Origin: an uncultured delta proteobacterium
Lineage (GTDB): Bacteria > Desulfobacterota > Binatia > UBA9968
NCBI GenBank assembly: GCA_963771465.1
Contig: CAVYTU010000015.1
Coordinates: 128,001-192,000 of the forward strand
Reading direction: 5' to 3'
DNA: 64,000 nucleotides
The position numbers and the translations under genes are program-made. Position 1 is the stretch's first letter, and the number at the start of each line of letters is the position of its first letter. The notes below the pieces were generated by a model. That model saw only the letters and a list, made by a program, of their open reading frames with translations. It had not been told where the DNA came from and ran no database searches. This document shows positions 61,801-64,000 of this stretch, one piece after another.

Positions 61801-62127
61801 CAAAGCGATAATCCTGCGCCGCCTGCCATCGAGGCGGATTTTTACTACATCGCACCGCGCTGGGCCGACGGCCCGCTAATCGCGGCGCCCTACGGCAAAG
61901 CCGGCCTTGATGGCAAAGTCGGCGCGTCGACCCAACAAACCATCGCCTACTTGGCCGAGGGCGTGCGTCAGGGACGCTTCTTCATCAACCGCGGCGAATA
62001 TTGCGGCCGCTGCGAGGTGGCAACCATCTGCCGTAAGAATCATCCGCCGAGCCTGTGGCGCGCCGAAAACGATCCGCGCACCGAGGCCCATCGCGCTTTG
62101 CGCGAAAAAGATCCGAAGGAGTTATGA
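58870..62127 (+). CDS. AddB/RecB-like helicase-nuclease subunit with C-terminal PD-(D/E)XK nuclease
   Basis: SPTALETYARCPFQFF, GRMDRID, VIDYK, CGRCEVATIC (four Fe-S cysteines); translationally coupled to a UvrD-type helicase. Confidence 0.85.
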   Translation: MRTILGPFHDDLENALVDEICQFKAGDRLTPLLILTPSDLMRRRLKILLSRERGLSLLNVQLLTFYQLSLRLQAECASAPLELHNDLFFEEALRQIIRARQPGAEPFAGIEDRAGGCAALWQTLRDLRDGLVDPTVALEALGEGHFSQRASERTSQLLVLFRTFQTFCRKKNLADQANLDRYATEHATSSRFLAQFSQVFYYGFYDLTQIQIDFFHAVAGHYPTTLFFPLLAAKPAHEAWRFAENFYERYVQGHSTGPHTEAAEKSPLPTSARLFDDQKDRIYAELPKHWQCQITHTFGIHDEVATAAKEILRLIDERQLQFHQIGVVARGLESYGSVVKDIFHQHCIPLAGSLEEPLVQSPLTKAVILLLNLPAKDFLRSQVIDLVSSPYFNSQTSATGNSLPRPDLWDLATRELAICKGIAEWRRLRNYHHRDLLLAEISDDDEPRKIRIPAAQLVALAETVEALIADLVGLPPQASWHDYALAWKELLRKYLGIASSAGIASSTETVDSATIHDEILAVLDQLAALDAIQEQVALGDFSHTFQHWLERSTAGEDRRNRDGVTLLSATAARGLSFRALFLLGMNEGVFPRTIREDAFLRDPDREVLERDLGYKVNPKLTAFDEEKLLFTLLVGAAGERLYCSFQRADDGGRALAPSWYVDELKRALESAGHKVATVTIPRSITEKAATAPFHRPEFLLPAELAIRLTLEGQDPTSLIDATAPLPALYQQGRTIVSALDQASERLLAYDGMLGDIDNYWTRFSARGLSPTALETYARCPFQFFARHVLGLEPLDRPEEILGPSPAEFGELGHEILNRFYRTLIDSGYFNGRASATNVETILLDVAAHAFADYQGKNPVGYPLAWESLKDGLTQLLCQVVAKDLAELSISGFVPVSLETGVTGRLPHDWPEPLNNLAIRGRMDRIDRNDNGLRVIDYKFKFGASPATADRNLIRAALRGERLQPPFYYLLAQHWSTEQSDNPAPPAIEADFYYIAPRWADGPLIAAPYGKAGLDGKVGASTQQTIAYLAEGVRQGRFFINRGEYCGRCEVATICRKNHPPSLWRAENDPRTEAHRALREKDPKEL

Positions 62128-64000
62128 GCGTCAAACAAGCCAACGTTGAGCTTCCCGACGCCAATGACCGCCAGGTTGCCGTCACAACGTTCGATCGTAA
62201 TCTCGTCGTCACCGCCGGCGCGGGCACCGGCAAAACCACATTGTTGGTCGATCGACTGGTGCATTTGATCTTGCGCAATCCCGAACCGCTCAAAATCACC
62301 GAGATCGTCGCCCTGACGTTTACCAACAAAGCCGCCGATGAAATGAAGCTCAGGCTGCGCGAGCGTTTGCAGACTTATCTCGCCGTCGAGCTTGATCATG
62401 AGCCGGCGAACGACGGCGAGAAAAAAAATAAGCAAGCGGTCGAGCAGTTGATCGCTCTCTATCAGCTTTCCAAAGCTGAACTGGACAGCCGTATTCACGA
62501 CGCGCTGAGAAATATGGAGCGCAGCGATATCGGCACGATCCACAGTTTCGCCGCGACGTTGCTGCGACTCTATCCGCTCGAAGCCGGCGTCGATCCGCAG
62601 TTTCGGGAAGACGATGGTCGAGAATTTGACCGCTTGTTTGACGAGCAGTGGGATCAGTGGCTTGACGTGGAACTCGCACTATCGAGTCAGCGCGCCGAGG
62701 AATGGCGGAAAATTCTCGCCCGCTGTCAGCTCGATCACATCAAAGTCTTGGCCAAATCGCTCAGCGCGGAAGCGGTCGATCTTCAGCGCAACAGCGATAC
62801 GGTAAACTCAACGCCAGCGGCGCTAACCCACTGGATCGCCCGACTCGATCGCGATGCCCGAGCTTTGAGCGCGCGCCACCCGGAGGACCGGGTCAATGAG
62901 AAGTTAGTGCGCGCCGCGGGCAAAGTTTTAAGCGAATTCAAACGCACTGGTCAACGCGGCGAAACCTGGGCCGACGAACTCGCGTCGCTGAGCGATCAGT
63001 CGATCAGTCGAAACGTGAACGGTTGGGACGAAGTGGACATCGGCAATGCCCAAGAAATGGTCCGCGCCGCCAAGGGACTCCTGAGCGTCGATGGCGAGAC
63101 GACCGAGCGGCTGTGGCGCTTGCTCGCGCCCTTCGCCGAAGATTGCCGCGAACGCTTCATCCGCGACGGCCATCTTTCATTCGACGGCCTACTGGTGCGC
63201 GCGCGCAACCTCGTGCGCGACCAGCGCCGCGTGCGCGCCGACCTCAAACGTCGCTATCGGACGATCCTGATCGACGAGTTTCAGGATACCGACCCGATTC
63301 AATACGAAATTCTTCTCTATTTGGCCGAACGGTCCGGCCAGGCCGCGGCGGATTGGCGCCAGGTCAAAGTCGAGCCGGGAAAAATCTTCGTTGTCGGCGA
63401 TCCAAAACAATCGATCTATGCCTTTCGCCGCGCCGACATCGAGGCTTATCTGGAGGTCGTCGAGAAAATCATCAAAGCGCAAAACGGCCTGGAATGCCGC
63501 CTGACGACGAACTTTCGCAGCGACGCGGCGATCATCGACGCCGTCAACGGCATTTTTGAAAACTTGATTCAGGCCCAGGACGGCTTGCAGCCGCCCTACA
63601 TCGCTATCCAGCCGGCGCCGGGCCGGGCCGCAGCGAGGGCCGGAACTCTCGCCAAGGTCGCTGTCAGAAAAATCGTCACCGAGAAAGAAATCAATGCCGA
63701 AAGCGCGCGCCGCCTCGAAGGCGAGAGCTTGGCGCGCTGGTTAAAAGAAGTCGTGTTAGACAAGGCGCGGATTCTCAACGCTGGCGGTGAAAGCGTCTAC
63801 GTTCAGGCGAAAGACGTCGCCATTCTATTTCGCAAGCTGACCGACATTCACGACTATTTGGAACCGTTTCGCCGCCAGGGTATTCGCTACGTCGTTGAAG
63901 GCGAGCGCCATTTTTACGCCGCCAAGGAAATCATCGACGCGGTGAACCTGCTGCGCGCGGTGGAAAATCCGTTCGATCGCCTGGCGTTAGTCGGCGTGCT
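62124..64000 (+). CDS. AddA/UvrD-like helicase (truncated by the window end)
   Basis: ATG 62124 after AAGGAG; AGAGTGKT, LTFTNKAA, TIHSF, IDEFQDTDPIQ, VGDPKQSIYAFR, NFRS. Confidence 0.92.
   Translation, partial: MSVKQANVELPDANDRQVAVTTFDRNLVVTAGAGTGKTTLLVDRLVHLILRNPEPLKITEIVALTFTNKAADEMKLRLRERLQTYLAVELDHEPANDGEKKNKQAVEQLIALYQLSKAELDSRIHDALRNMERSDIGTIHSFAATLLRLYPLEAGVDPQFREDDGREFDRLFDEQWDQWLDVELALSSQRAEEWRKILARCQLDHIKVLAKSLSAEAVDLQRNSDTVNSTPAALTHWIARLDRDARALSARHPEDRVNEKLVRAAGKVLSEFKRTGQRGETWADELASLSDQSISRNVNGWDEVDIGNAQEMVRAAKGLLSVDGETTERLWRLLAPFAEDCRERFIRDGHLSFDGLLVRARNLVRDQRRVRADLKRRYRTILIDEFQDTDPIQYEILLYLAERSGQAAADWRQVKVEPGKIFVVGDPKQSIYAFRRADIEAYLEVVEKIIKAQNGLECRLTTNFRSDAAIIDAVNGIFENLIQAQDGLQPPYIAIQPAPGRAAARAGTLAKVAVRKIVTEKEINAESARRLEGESLARWLKEVVLDKARILNAGGESVYVQAKDVAILFRKLTDIHDYLEPFRRQGIRYVVEGERHFYAAKEIIDAVNLLRAVENPFDRLALVGV

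Noticed and set aside
58870-64000. Nuclease-helicase pair as a defence system or Cas4-related locus
   Set aside because: Size, order, translational coupling and motifs fit housekeeping AddAB-type recombination repair

Overview
Bacterial chromosomal segment from a moderately GC-rich diderm organism. Gene content and style (rnj-ftsK-lolA-rimO-dksA, class V aminotransferase-serA-purA, AddAB-like pair, several Bug/TctC, ornithine cyclodeaminase-like, FAH and VOC paralogues) resemble Deltaproteobacteria-like lineages such as Candidatus Binatia; this placement is an inference. I found no rRNA, tRNA, CRISPR array, integrase or transposase. Most of the window is housekeeping and catabolic genes. The most unusual part is a ~9.5 kb block between dksA and hisF (11239-20662). 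It holds a NarL-type response regulator and a membrane-embedded histidine kinase, flanked by two ~99% identical copies of a two-gene operon for small exported beta-rich proteins. It also contains two decayed copies of a pal-like gene enclosing an mqnP/ubiA remnant plus tauE, a tandem-domain hydrolase-like lipoprotein and a Cys-looped porin. A shared palindrome (consensus TAAGACTTAAGTCGTA) lies upstream of most of these units, suggesting an uncharacterised envelope regulon. Other highlights: a complete ZMP/ZTP riboswitch with terminator ahead of the serine-biosynthesis/purA operon; a sigma54 promoter with three enhancer-like palindromes ahead of a diiron protein; intergenic hairpins built from tandem 7-8-mers; and several single-base frameshifts that may be sequencing errors.
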